From positions 1,426,001 to 1,490,000 of the forward strand of contig ML978128.1 in the NCBI GenBank assembly GCA_010015805.1: 64,000 nt of DNA, in the 5' to 3' direction. Source of the stretch: Rhizodiscina lignyota (Eukaryota). Of this stretch, positions 1 to 12,396 are shown one piece after another; the first letter of the stretch is position 1, and each line of letters starts with the position of its first letter. The notes below the pieces were generated by a model, which was given only the letters and a program-made list of their open reading frames with translations, was not told the DNA's origin and made no database searches. The position numbers and the translations under genes are program-made.

Positions 1-3000
1 CTCGGATGGCTCGCCGCGGCACATCGCCAGTTCGTTGTCCTCATGCCAGGTACCGTTGACTGTGCCTTTTCGTGTGCTCTGTGCACAGCACCCCTGAGCG
101 CAAAATGATTCACAGACAGGGCTGTTCAGATGCAAGCCGCACCAAAAAGGCGGTATACGATCGCCTGGCCCTCATTACCGACAACCTACACATTTTCCTA
201 GGGCTTTTTTATTGACTTCTGGAAATGTTGCTATTGGACAAAAGTCAACGAACTTGGCCGAATTGGGAGGCGCGCATCGCGCGTCTGACATGATGGTGAT
301 CTGGAGCGAATCACGAAGCGAGCTATAAGCTGACCGGGCCACGGGTGGCTTCTAGAGAAGCATGTACAAGCATGTACAAGATTGCTCGGCGTCGTCTATT
401 CACCGTGTATGCAAGAACACCTCCCAGCACTTGCCGTATAACGAATGGCACGACGTCGAGTCAAGCATCCGCGTAGCACCCACGAGATGAATCAAGGTTA
501 TCAAGCTCGCCCCCGCACAATTTGAGCAAGGGAGATCTGCGCTCTTTCGCGTTCTGGGATGGACTGTGCCCAGCGCTTGACCCCAGGAACGGACTGGAGA
601 TCGATTAAATTCGATGGGCTGAACCAGTGAACAACCCATGTGTTTCGCTCCCCCTTTACAAAATTGCATTTTGCAGAACAAGCAAAGACAAGGAGATCTG
701 AATTACAGAACCACATCTCGAGCCCATCAACTGCCTAGAATAGCAACATGTCCGAATGCGGATGCTAATATCTGAGGAGAGACGATGTCAAATGCCGATG
801 TCCTTTGCGTTGAGGCTATACACACTGGTCATAGACGTTGTGCTTGGTCCCGTAACTTTCCTCAGGAAGGCTCAGATGCGGGACGCAGATGAGCCATAGA
901 GTTCCAGGCACCAGGGGAAAAGAGTCAGCTCCTTCGTACACGTGTGCTCCAGGAAACGATCCCCCAAGTTTGCAGCCCCAGTGGCTGAACAGGGCTGAAA
1001 AAACTTTTTGATTAGGCGATACAGCTGGAAATGCGGCGACAAACATTTCAACACCCACTTCTCGTAGCGACTGCATTATTCGTTTCCGTCCAACTCCGAC
1101 TGCCTGTTGTTTTCTGTCAGCTTCTCCGTAAAGAAATGATTTTATCTAATAAAAATTCACAGCCGCCAAGTATTAGCTGACAAAGGTCGCCTCTTAGGCG
1201 CCAATATTGCATTGTCCGATTGATATCCGGGCCGGGTTGAGTACATAGTGTTTACTCGCCACGACGCCAAGTCGGGATTATTTGCTCCCATCAGGCGGCC
1301 AGGCCCCGGTGGACATGAGAGACACCAACAACACTAACTCCGGGGCTTTCGTACGAGAAATTTCAAATGCACATGAGGACCTGGATACATGGTGACACGA
1401 GCTTGGCCATAGGATTGAGCGCCTCGCACGGGAGGATGGAGGCTCAAAATCTGACACTGGAAATACCTCTCTGTGATTCCGTCAAGGTACCTTTAACGAC
1501 CAAACAGGAACATGCTTACGGAGACGCGGAGTTGTGAGAAGAGACCGTTTGCCTTTTAACGGTAGGTAATTGCCAAGTTTGTTTCTTTGCATGCAGCACC
1601 ATTGTTCACGAGCATGGCGATTTGGGCTCAACGCGCTCTTTGCTCTCACGCTTCATTCATTATCTCTTTTCCACAGCTAATTTCCACAGCTAATAATATG
1701 CTGTCTCGGACATTTGGATCAGATCATCAGACAATGCGGACAATCCCGCTAATTCTTCGAGTCGTGCAATTATCCGACGAGTTGGCATGTTATGCCTTTG
1801 AATAGAAACGTGTGGGATATTCTTTTTTTGGATCATCTAAGCAAACACTCAGTGTGTTTCTCTCGAGCCTGGAATTCGACTGTGCTTCCTCAATTTCGAC
1901 TCCTCTCTGCCACGGATAGACCAAGATAGGGCAGTCGCACTGGTGGAGAGTGTTGATGTCGATGGCCATCACTAAGTCTCGCTACAGGAACGTATGGTAG
2001 CTTATATACCATCGACCTTTTCTACATGCCGATCTGCTGGCCTTGACGCTTCGAAATCGATACAAATTTGATATCCAGATCACGACTGTTGCAGAAGACT
2101 GAATGGGACATCCTTTCGTAGCGCAACAAGCGATGCTCAAGAACATCACTGTGGAGTGTTCTATCATCTGTTATTCTCGTCGTTGATCAGACGAACTTGA
2201 GGATGTGTGTGACTTTACTTCAATCATCTCTAGGTCCAGGCCCTAGGACACACAGAACACCCTGATCGATAGAATATCGTGTCCGAGGCGACATTGCCTG
2301 TGGATGGAGAAGTTCACGGTCGATGGATCCCTCGGTCCGACCTGTGCACATCGTTGTTTTCGTTGTATCGAATCAGTCCCTCGCGGCCTCCACCCACAAA
2401 AAAACCACAAGAGTGGATATAACCTTAGTGCACGAGCTTTGAGCTAAAGCTCCAGCTACTATTTTTCTAGGCTTCAATTCATTTGGATCAGTAATTCTTG
2501 TTCTTGTCCGCGTCCTCCTGGAACGAGGGAGGAACTCCTGAACTTTCTGAGGAGGCACTGATGTTGCAACGCGCAAAGCGGCCTAGTCGTAACCGTGAGA
2601 CACCTGTCTTACTCTTGAACAAACGGCCGTCTACAATCGCGCTGTAGCAACCTTCTTGCGTACGTACTGTTCCTCGCGCACCGTTTCGAAGTCCGCGGAC
2701 TCACGAAAATACTCAGGAGGTCGGATCCCACGTACTCGGTACCGACGCACGTCTCGAGGCAAATTAAGCAATTCGTGCTGTAGCCGTAGCCTGTAGGCGA
2801 CCCACAAAAGTACTTTCCGAGGCAAATGAAGCTGGGCTATGTTGAGATGAGCGTCTGAGGACCGAGACACTCTCGATCATCACTTCGTCATATTATTTGA
2901 CATTTCATAAGCACAGATCAGACCGGTCCCGAAGATCGCCAAACCTACATTAAGATATCAAACGAGGCAGCAGCCGAGTCCCCACAGACTAGTTAGGGCA

Positions 3001-4056
3001 GTGTTGGTGTGCCGCAAAGCGGCAATTTTGAGCTGCATTGAAATGAGTCTGGAAACAGAACTCCGAGGACGGCGAGGACTGATCTGTTATTACATTGTTT
3101 TACCTTCAATGATTGTAGCTGAAGTCGAGTCCTATACTGGTCGATAAACCAATAGAAGAGCACGAAGCATGAGTGCAACATCGCACAGTTACGACAAATC
3201 GGAAGATAGTATAGGTATTACGTTGCGCATCTAACGCTCTTAGTGGACTCACGAACATAGTTAAAACTTGATGCGTGCAATTCGGAGATACAACACGACA
3301 CTATCTCCAGCAGAGCTTGTCGCCAATATTAGACCAAGCGGCGAGATTGCGATCTAGACTTCCTCTAACTCTGTCCGTCTACCACTGTCTTGAAGCCGGC
3401 TGTAGATTACAAACTCTGCAATCACAATAACGATAACAATACGCACCCACATACCCGCACCCGCTGCCCCATGATGCGAAGATTCTATACCCAAGTTACC
3501 CATCTACATGGTCGAGCGAATAAAGCAGCCATGGCACCAACCATCCAGACCGCAATCCGAGCGGAACTCTCCACCCTTCGACCCACGCAGATGCCGCGGA
3601 GTTGCAAAGCAATACTAATAGAATCTTGCGCACTGGGTTGTTGATTCACAGTTTGCAGCCTGAAAATAACGTGGGGTCGCGCCTAGGCGCGCTTATTGCC
3701 ATGAGGCCTTTGCGTCAGCCACACTGACTCGAATTGGGTTGTCGGTGTAAGATATTGTCAGATTGTAGTGCGGCTCCACGCTTGGCCACATAGCTAAAAG
3801 AGTACGTCAACTTTGTTTTTAGGCTCTCCGGCAGACTCTGCGACCGACAAAAGTATGTCCTGGATGTCGGCGGGATAAGCGCGGGTATCTACGGCCGGAG
3901 ACGGATCGGATGGCGAAGAATGTATCAATAGAACCTGGTGAAATGCGGCGTGGCAGTGATGGTGCTTGACAGAGTCTTAACCAAGAGCAAGGGCACGGCT
4001 CGCGACGTATCGTATGATGAATCCGGAAGTGACTCTGAGGCGCGAGGACCAAAACT

Positions 4057-4988
4057 TCAACCTTCATCTGGCGGGGTTGGTGGTTGCCGCTCTCCGAACA
4101 GCGTCTGCAGCACTTTGCAATTCAACCAGTTTCGCTGGGGAGTCTTTCGGGCACACTCAGTTGACCTGCCTTCTTCCTTCTGTATCCCTTCAGCGTCCAG
4201 TTCGCTCTCCGCCGCGATAGGCTTCCGCCAGAACTGCAGCGGCAGCTCTTCGTACAGATATATCGCCTTGGTGATGCCGTGCATCGCGCGCTCCAAGCTC
4301 TTGAAATCGCGAAACGAAGTCTCAAAGTACTCCCTATTGATGGTCTCTGCATATGCTCTCCCCTCGAACGTGGACACCTCGCGAGCGCCGGACGAATCGA
4401 CCTTGTTCGCGACTACACAGAGCGGGAAGGGAAACGGCCGCAGGTCTAGTGCAACCCTGAATACCTTCTTGACGTCGTCGTAGAGTGTCTGGATATACTC
4501 GAAAGACTCCCGCGACGTGACGTCGTAGACCAGCAGAATGCCGTCGCAGGTACGTAGCTGGTAATGATGGAGGGTCGGATATTCCGGCCTGAGCCTCAGC
4601 TGCCTCATTTCCACCTTGCACTCCTGTTGATTGAGACGCTGTAGATCGATGACCCTGTCCACTATCAAGTCTGATAGCTCCTGCGGGAGCTTGTTGTGGG
4701 TGATCTTCGAGACGATCATGTTTGCGGTGCGCTCAGTGTACGGTGAGACACGCTCGACGTTGATGGTCGTTTGGTGCGGGTTGGCGAATCCAAAGCCTTC
4801 GATGGCATGGTCGATGATGGTGCCAAAGATGTACTGTAGTAGCCTCGTCAGCCAATGATTCACTCCTCGGTGTGGTTGTAACGCCGTACCATGTCCAAGA
4901 TGGATGTAACTCCGACCTTGGAAGCACCGAAGACACCAACGGTATACGCGGGGTTTCGCTTTCTGGGTCGATGGGTTTGAAGTGCCAT
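4057..4988 (-). CDS. Ras-like small GTPase family protein with degenerate motifs (2 exons)
   Basis: Exon 1 MALQTHRPRKRNPAYTVGVFGASKVGVTSILDM, intron GTACGG..GCTGAC..TACAG, exon 2 with DGILLVYDVTSRESF, VVANKVD (G4), REVS, YFETS (G5). Confidence 0.75.
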
Positions 4989-5612
4989 GGTGGACGCATC
5001 TACCGTTCTACTTGTCCTCATGATGACTTCGAGATCGGATGCGTTATGAAATTCGCATTCCACATTTTGCGCGGTCAAAGGTCCGGACGTGAGAGTGGCT
5101 TGCAACGTAAGAGCTCACGAGGGCCTATCCGCCGCAGTCCGGTGAGTTGTCGGCGGCTTTTAAGGTGAGAGGAGGGCTGCTGGCTGCGGCGAGTTGTATA
5201 CAGTGCGTCGTCGGCGGCATAAATGGCCGCGTCCAAATGTGTGGAGCTCGATGATGAACACGAAACAAGCCAAGCACGCGAAGCTCGCCTGGGAGCTGCA
5301 TCCCACGTGGCCGCAACGTGTAGTATGCAGATCTCCCACGAATCAGCGCTCAGGAACGATAGGGTATATGCATGGTTACTATACTCTACAGGATAAATAT
5401 TGCACGGATCAATCCACGATCTTAATGTGTGGAGCAGGCTCCAGACGTCAATCGATGGAATCTGTATTTTCTAACCTCTCTTCGGAGTATGCTGTGAGTT
5501 ATCACTCCGCCCATGTCGGTCTACTTTCCCAACATGCATGAATGCTGGCAGCGTGGACGAATAATATATCATCGGGACCTCGCAATTCATCCCTTCTGCC
5601 AAAATTCACCCA

Positions 5613-8122
5613 TTAGGCCGACTTCCCGATCTCCGCTTGTACCCATTTCTCCAACCCTCCGCGAGCAATGATCTCTTGCACATTCGGCGGTAACTCGCCC
5701 ACCTTTTGGCTCCATTGCTGGCCGCTTTGCCCCTCTGTGATCGTCACTGTACTTCTAGCGACGTCCCATTCGAATGTCCAACCGGTCCGTCTTGTCAAGA
5801 CACTATCCTTCTCCGCGACTGGCGCCGGAGGTGGAGAATCAAGACTCTGCCTGTTTGCTTCTGGCTCCGTGATCGACTTCTGATATGCGCCTTGGCTGCT
5901 CTGTTGTTGGGTTGAAAAGACTTCGCGAAGCCTGTTGATTAACCTTGGTAGTTCGACGCCTAGGAGGGCGTTGTTGATGCTATTTCGACTGAAAATGTTT
6001 CCGAAGCTACCAGCTACCACGAGCGGTATGCCCTTAGCGAGTATGGCTGTGGCAGCTTGCTCTCTGCTGCTGCCAGTTCCAAAATTGAAGCCCGAGACAA
6101 GAATATCTCCCGCCTTTGCGACAGATCCGAACTCAGGATCGTAGTTCTCCATGCAAACTTCCGCCATCTTCTCCTTTGGCACGTCGTCCTGGTAAGTGTA
6201 CTTTCCGGGGTAAATCGCATCAGTATTGATGTTGTCCGCATCGCAAAGAACAAGTTCGCCAGTGACCTTTGATGGAAATCCAGGAAGGATAGGTGTGAGC
6301 CTCTCATCTGTTGAGGTTTGATTTGAACCACCAAGGCTGGCTTCCGCGCCACTCTGAATGAGCTCTTCCGCTTGAGCGACTATTTTGGCCAATTGCTCCT
6401 CGATATTGAGCATACGGTTCTCATCTTTGATACCGTCTCCTTCTCCTCGAAGCACTCCTTGAACGCCTTCAGGCCTCTCATACCAACCGGTGCCAGAGAT
6501 GGTCCCGTTCAATGCACTAGCGGCAACGACTTCGGGACTAGACAAATATGCCTTGGCGAGCCTTGAGCCCATTCGCCCTTTGAAATTGCGATTGCTCGCA
6601 CTGATACCGACTTCCCCATCCTGCAGGAGACCCGTGCCAAGGCCAATGCAGGGCCCGCATCCGGATGGTAGTGGTTGTGCTCCTGCTTCAAGAAGTGCTT
6701 GCCAATCACCCTGTTCCTCTGCTGCTTGCTGCTCTGGCAGAGAAGCTGCTGCAATGTAGAAATTGACGTGCTCCGGGATCTTGGGAATCTTGCCATTGTT
6801 CGCTGCCGCTGCATCTTTGAATACCTTTGCAGCAGCGGCAATATCAGACCGTCGTGAATTTGTACATGAGACGAGATATGCCCTGTCCACCTTGATATTT
6901 TGGGTTTGAAGCTCAGAAAGAGGTGTCGCAACCTTCACTGAGTTTGGTCCAGACACGTAGGGTGAGAGAGTCGAGAGATCCAAGTAGACCTCCTTTGCGT
7001 ATTTGGCACCCTTATCTGCTGACATGGGGTTTTCAAATAATGTGTCGAGACGTTGATGGTTAAACCGTTGGGCAGTCCCCGAGTTAGCAGCATAAAGTGC
7101 TGCATCTGTGGCTTTGCTACGCAGCCAACCTTGCAGAACCGAGTCTATTGGGAAAAGTCCTGACAGAGCACCCCATTCGGTGGTCATGTTGGCAATCGCC
7201 AAGCGGTCGTCAACAGGCAAGCTCCTCATGGTGTCCTCTGAGCCTGTGAATTCTATAGCGTGATTGAGAACCTCGTCGTTGTTAAATAGACCGCAGAGAG
7301 CTACAATTACGTCCTTGCCGGTAACGCCCTTAGGCAGAACGCCGTTTAGAGTTACTTTTGCGATCGGAGGTATTTGCCACCAGGTCCTTCCGGTTGCCCA
7401 TATGCTTGCCGCATCGGTTCGCACAACTGGCGTGCCTAAGCAACCAACTCCCCCATACATATTACTGTGGCTGTCTGATGCTACAGCAAGCGTTCCTGGC
7501 CATGCATAGCCTTCTTCGATCATTATTTGATGCCCGATCCCTCGTCCTGCTGGATAGAAATCTACCCCTTGATTCTGCGCAAACTGCTCTATGTTCTTAT
7601 ACTTCCGGAGGTTCGTCTCGCTCTTGTTTTGTACATCGTGGTCCAATGTCATTACTATTTGGTTCGGGTCATGCAGTTTGGTAGCTCCAATGCCCATGAA
7701 CTTCGTTGCGACAGGCCATGAGTTGTCGTGTGTCATACAATGATGCGGCGAAAGCGTGACATAGTCACCAGACTGTACAAACTTTCCATCTGGGAGGTCA
7801 ATTGAGAACTTTTGGACGATTTTCTCAGTGAGAGTCTGAGGTACTTGAGAGGTCTTTTTGGCGGTGGAGAGGAAGGAAGAGGCGACGGGATCGTTCAATT
7901 GGCTGTGAAACGCTGTGACATCTTGCCGTTGCCGCAGTGAAGTGGTATATGATCTATGTGGATAATTCGACCGCCATGGACGCGATGATACCGCTGATGG
8001 TCGGAGCGCACTTGGTACGCTGCGACGCTGAAGTTCTGTTAGCACAACTGAGGTGGTCCATTCGCAGATAGGCTCACCAATATGCTCGCTGTGCCTGTCA
8101 GTTTTCCTAGTGCTCGAACCAT
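5613..8122 (-). CDS. LYS4: Mitochondrial homoaconitase (lysine biosynthesis)
   Basis: Aconitase-family motifs [43 protein letters not shown]; short first exon [15 protein letters not shown] then GTGAGC..GCTAAC..CAG intron; Arg/Ser-rich presequence. Confidence 0.95.
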
Positions 8123-8463
8123 GGCAGCGCGTGGTGCGAGAGCGTGTGAGCTCTCCTTGTGTTACAGTAATTCTTTTCTTCTCACAGGTGGACAGTCACT
8201 GAACCTGGAGAGCTTGGCATGCACCCCAGAAATTGTCGTACCGAGATCGGCCAGAAATTTTTTGTGTTCCAACTCACCAACCAAACCCATGACTTCAAGT
8301 TGAACAGGGTCAAACTGAACTCAATCATTGCATTTGACTTCTCAAGATCAAAGTTTGCAAGCGCAATCTCGCCATCTACGGACTCATTTGAAGCTAGAGA
8401 AGAATCGGAACACGAATTGATCCCGCCCTAGGCCGAAACCTTCTGTTCCATTCTCATTGCTTT

Positions 8464-8470
8464 TGACTCA
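8464..8470. promoter_or_regulatory. Gcn4/CpcA-type element TGACTCA in the divergent LYS4-SER1 intergenic region
   Basis: Exact TGACTCA between two divergently transcribed amino-acid biosynthesis genes; near-match GGACTCAT at 8381. Confidence 0.5.
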
Positions 8471-8549
8471 TCTTCAATGGTCTATTAAACAGGTCTGCAA
8501 GTACAGAGACATACATCTTTCCTTCATCCTCAACCATTCCAACATCAGC

Positions 8550-9941
8550 ATGCCTTCCCGCTCGGACGTTCACTACTTTGGCGCTGGGCCTGCACCCTTG
8601 CCAACAGCAGTTCTGGAGCGGGCTGCTGGGGCTCTTCTGAACTACAAAGACATGGGTATTGGCATTTGTGAGATCTCACATCGCTCTCCAGAGGCAAACC
8701 AAGTCTTGGCCGACGCGAAGCAAAGCCTCACGACTTTGCTTGACATTCCTGATGATTATGAAATACTCTTTCTTCAAAGCGGCGGCAGTGGCGAATTTAG
8801 TGCAGTCGTGTACCACATGGTAGCCTTGTGGGTAGAGAGGAGGAGACTACGTGCCGAGGAGGACCTCCGCACGGCCATTGCGGATGGCAAGACTGAAGGT
8901 GGGCTGGAAGCAAACGTGCTGGCACGACTGAAGAAGGAAGTCGAGGAAGAGCTGAAGCTGGACTACCTCGTCACAGGATCTTGGTCCCTGAAGGCCTCAC
9001 AGGAAGCAGCAAGACTTGTTGGATCCAAACACGTCAACGTTGCTTTAGATGCGAGAGAAGCTAATGGAGGCAAATTTGGCGCCATTCCGCCGGAGTCGGA
9101 CTGGAGGCTAACACCAAGAATCCGAGAAGGAGGCTCGGGTTCAGCATTGGTTTACTATTGCGACAACGAGACCGTTGATGGAGTCGAATTTCCCTCATTC
9201 CCGCAATGTCTTGAGACTCTACCTGAGGACGCTGTTGACAACGATCCCCCACTGGTTGTTGCCGACATGTCTTCAAATTTTATCAGCCGGAAAGTCGACG
9301 TCAAGAAGTATGCTGTGATCTTTGGGGGCGCTCAGAAAAATGTCGGAAATACTGGTATCACTATCGTAATCGTCCACAAGTCATTGCTACCTCCTGCTGC
9401 AAGGCTTGCATCTCCGGACCTTCTTCGCCAACTGAATTTACCTGTTGGACCAGTTACCCTGGATTGGCCCACAATCGCGAAAAACAATTCTCTCTACAAC
9501 ACTCTTCCCATCTTTGACGTTTGGGTCGCTGGACAGGTCATGGGGGACCTCGTGCAGACATTTGGGGCCAAGAAAATAGCCGGCCAGGAAGACGTCTCAA
9601 TTCAAAAGGCAAAGCTACTCTATGATGCACTCGAGAGATATCCCCAAGTATATCGAATTGTGCCAGCGAAAACCGTACGAAGCAGAATGAATATTTGCTT
9701 CCGGGTCTGTGGGGGCGACGCGGACAAAGAAAAAGCGTTCTTAGCCGGCGCGGAGAAGAGCGGTCTTTTGGGATTGAAAGGTCACAGAAGCGTGGGCGGC
9801 ATTAGGGCGAGCAACTGTAGGTCACAAGGGATAGGCGAAATGAGGGAATCCATTACTGACTGCAAAACAGACAACGCGGTACCTCTCGAAGGAGCGCAAA
9901 AGCTTGCGGAATATCTCGAAAGCTTCGCCAGAGCTCAATGA
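8550..9941 (+). CDS. SER1: Phosphoserine aminotransferase
   Basis: YFGAGPAPLP, EISHRS, YYCDNETVDGVEF, DMSSNF, GAQKN (PLP lysine), GHRSVGGIRAS; short intron near 3' end (GTAGGT..CTGAC..CAG). Confidence 0.95.
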   Translation: MPSRSDVHYFGAGPAPLPTAVLERAAGALLNYKDMGIGICEISHRSPEANQVLADAKQSLTTLLDIPDDYEILFLQSGGSGEFSAVVYHMVALWVERRRLRAEEDLRTAIADGKTEGGLEANVLARLKKEVEEELKLDYLVTGSWSLKASQEAARLVGSKHVNVALDAREANGGKFGAIPPESDWRLTPRIREGGSGSALVYYCDNETVDGVEFPSFPQCLETLPEDAVDNDPPLVVADMSSNFISRKVDVKKYAVIFGGAQKNVGNTGITIVIVHKSLLPPAARLASPDLLRQLNLPVGPVTLDWPTIAKNNSLYNTLPIFDVWVAGQVMGDLVQTFGAKKIAGQEDVSIQKAKLLYDALERYPQVYRIVPAKTVRSRMNICFRVCGGDADKEKAFLAGAEKSGLLGLKGHRSVGGIRASNCRSQGIGEMRESITDCKTDNAVPLEGAQKLAEYLESFARAQ

Positions 9942-11109
9942 TACGAGGGTAATGACAGATCACAGGGTATTTGCTCCATGCCACAACTCACATCCATACC
10001 ATCCTATTCGAACATTGATTTAGGTACGAGCATCTCAAAAGTCAGTCAAGTTCTGAATCACATGTTTTCCGGAGGAATGAAATTGGCGTATCTTATTACG
10101 CATTGTTAGTGGGCTGTGTTTGTCTTGAAATATGCAAAGAATTTCGGTAGCCGTCCTTCCAGAAGCATATTCACATGTGGTGTACCCGAGCCGGAAGATT
10201 GGGCTTCATGCGTTTCAAGCTTTACGTTTCCAATGGCGTCTTGGGGACGCTAAATTTCAAATTGTCATCCTCCACACTGGACACGCAATTCGAATGCTGA
10301 CGAAGTGTTTTTGATCAGGGCTGCTCACTACACTACGGAAGGAGTTCAACACCGAAATGACGTTCATGAGTTCATCGAATCCCCATTCAACCAAGCCGCA
10401 ATTAAAGAACATGATTGGGCGTCGGAATCCTACTTGGAAATGATTTTTGTACGACGGGGGATCTTGCTTGCTTTCAAAGTGCTCTTATCTTTCAGAGTGC
10501 TAAATGGCTGGTTAACGAATTATTTCAAAATCAGTCGAGTTACCATGACTAAAGAGCTTGCAGCACCTGATTCGGCCAGAAAGTCCCTTCCTGTTCAAAG
10601 TTTGCCCTGTCTGCACGCACGACTCACTTGTCTAAATTATCCTACGTCTCGCATGAACAGGCATGGGTGTCTTTGCGCGAGCATCGCTCTTTTCGAGTGC
10701 CACCACGGTAGGATCGCATTTCTTGAGTCGCTATGACGGTACACAAAGTCGAAATAGTCTATTATGCACTGATTCTCCAGTTCATGCCAGCCCTTGATGT
10801 CTAGCGATCTTTAATATATTTGCCTTTCGAGAGTTTCCCTTGGGATCTGCGAACAATTGCTCGCCTCGCCACCCGAATGGCTTCTTAATCTATTGCATGG
10901 CGATCTGCCGTGTGCCCTCAAGTGCCACGGCTCACCAGTCCACGGAGTTTGGTCAGACTCGGTTAGCTCCTAGCCTTATGGATACAGAATTGAAACACAC
11001 AAGCTACTGCCACGCCCTGCCAAGTCCTGACAAGTTCCTGGTACCTGCATGGTGGTGAACATCGGGCACACATCGCCGGGAACATCTTGCAGAATTTGCA
11101 CCATGACCC

Positions 11110-12290
11110 GGAGGCCTTGAGACCTAGTAGTTCACAATCATATTTTGTAGCGAAATTCCATCTGTCTACGCGGCCATCAGTCCGATCAATGCGAGTTGTT
11201 CGGCTTGCGAGGGTCGTTGCGAAAAGGGGGATGCATGCCTTGCCAGATGGTTGAGAAAGACAATTTTTCAGATCTCTCAGAAATCCAACTGGCATTCGAA
11301 AAGTCCTTGAAAGTGAAGATTGTGATAGTGCTCTATTCCTCTAAGCCACCAAGACACACCAGCGCGTTAGGAGCGGATCCTATACGCCCGGTCACAGCTG
11401 CACTACTGACGCAAACGACGTCTCGACCCTCAGATTTGCCTATTCGGATGCGGTTCCGTTCCATTGGTCGTATCGCGTAGGGAATAGGCTTGTGGCAGAA
11501 GCAAAAATACCATTTCGAGGCATTTCGAGGGCTGGAGCGTTTCACCCTAACCCTCCCCAAGGCAAATGCCGCAGACTTCAACCTCCCAACGTAACAGAGC
11601 AGCTCACCAGCGTCGCCACACGTTACGGCCTCTTCCAACCGGGCAAGAGGGTCTCTCTGTCTACAGTGACACTAGCATTCAGCTCAGCACTCGATGTAGG
11701 TAGATGCTTTTCTTTTAGAGATATTCTTTTTGTTGATGGGATCTCATCACGTATCGGCTTCACTATTAGGGCTTTCGCTTGCCCAAACAATTCTCTAACC
11801 CCGTCAACCTTGCGCAAGTCCTTTTAATCTGACGACCGTGCTACAATCCACGGCCCGGCTGGGTAGTGATGCGGTACTGGCATGGTGCTGCGTCGTGACG
11901 CTACTGTGTAGGTCTTTCGGCAGCTCCTCCCGCTGTGCTGCGCCTGAGGACCCTGGGGTCTTGAAACCGTGGAGAGTCTGGATGAATTCCACGCTGCTCT
12001 TTCCATATTCCCCTACCCCAAGGATACCTGGCCAGAGCCCTGGGACGACCATGAGGAGCTGCACAGGGAATGGCCAAGTGTGCGCGATCGCCGTCACAAA
12101 ACTTCCGCCGCGGGAACTGGCCAGTTAGCATCCCCTCATATACCCTGAGCTGTCTCATAATGCATCTCTGAGAACATTAGCTGATGCTGCACCTTCTTTC
12201 GTTCACTTCTCTGCTGACTGGTTCACGCAACTTTGGCTCATGACAGACGGTCGAGCTGGCGTGCCTCTCGTCTTCAGGCCAATTTCTACT
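11110..12290 (+). ncRNA. Candidate telomerase RNA (TER); ends approximate
   Basis: Template-like ACCCUAACCCU at 11544-11554 one nt 3' of a helix (11413-11431/11527-11542); candidate U-rich/A-rich pseudoknot 11665-11798; enclosing helices 11389-11411/11802-11838, 11287-11293/12120-12126, 11275-11281/12167-12173, 11221-11235/12188-12200; no credible ORF. Confidence 0.62.
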
Positions 12291-12396
12291 TTCATGTTTG
12301 TTTAATCATTCATTCACTGAATTACCATTGCCGCTGGTATTCAGCAAGGGATTCTTCATTCATTGAGGAGGACACAGGCACTTTACATTCATCGGA

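Noticed and set aside
8457..8549. N-terminal extension of SER1 in the ORF track
   Set aside because: Starts at TTG; family similarity begins at the ATG at 8550.
12146..12157. TGAG-CTGT-CTCA hairpin as telomerase P6.1
   Set aside because: The loop is 4 nt and does not fit the 5-nt xUxGx P6.1 loop, so it was not used as evidence.
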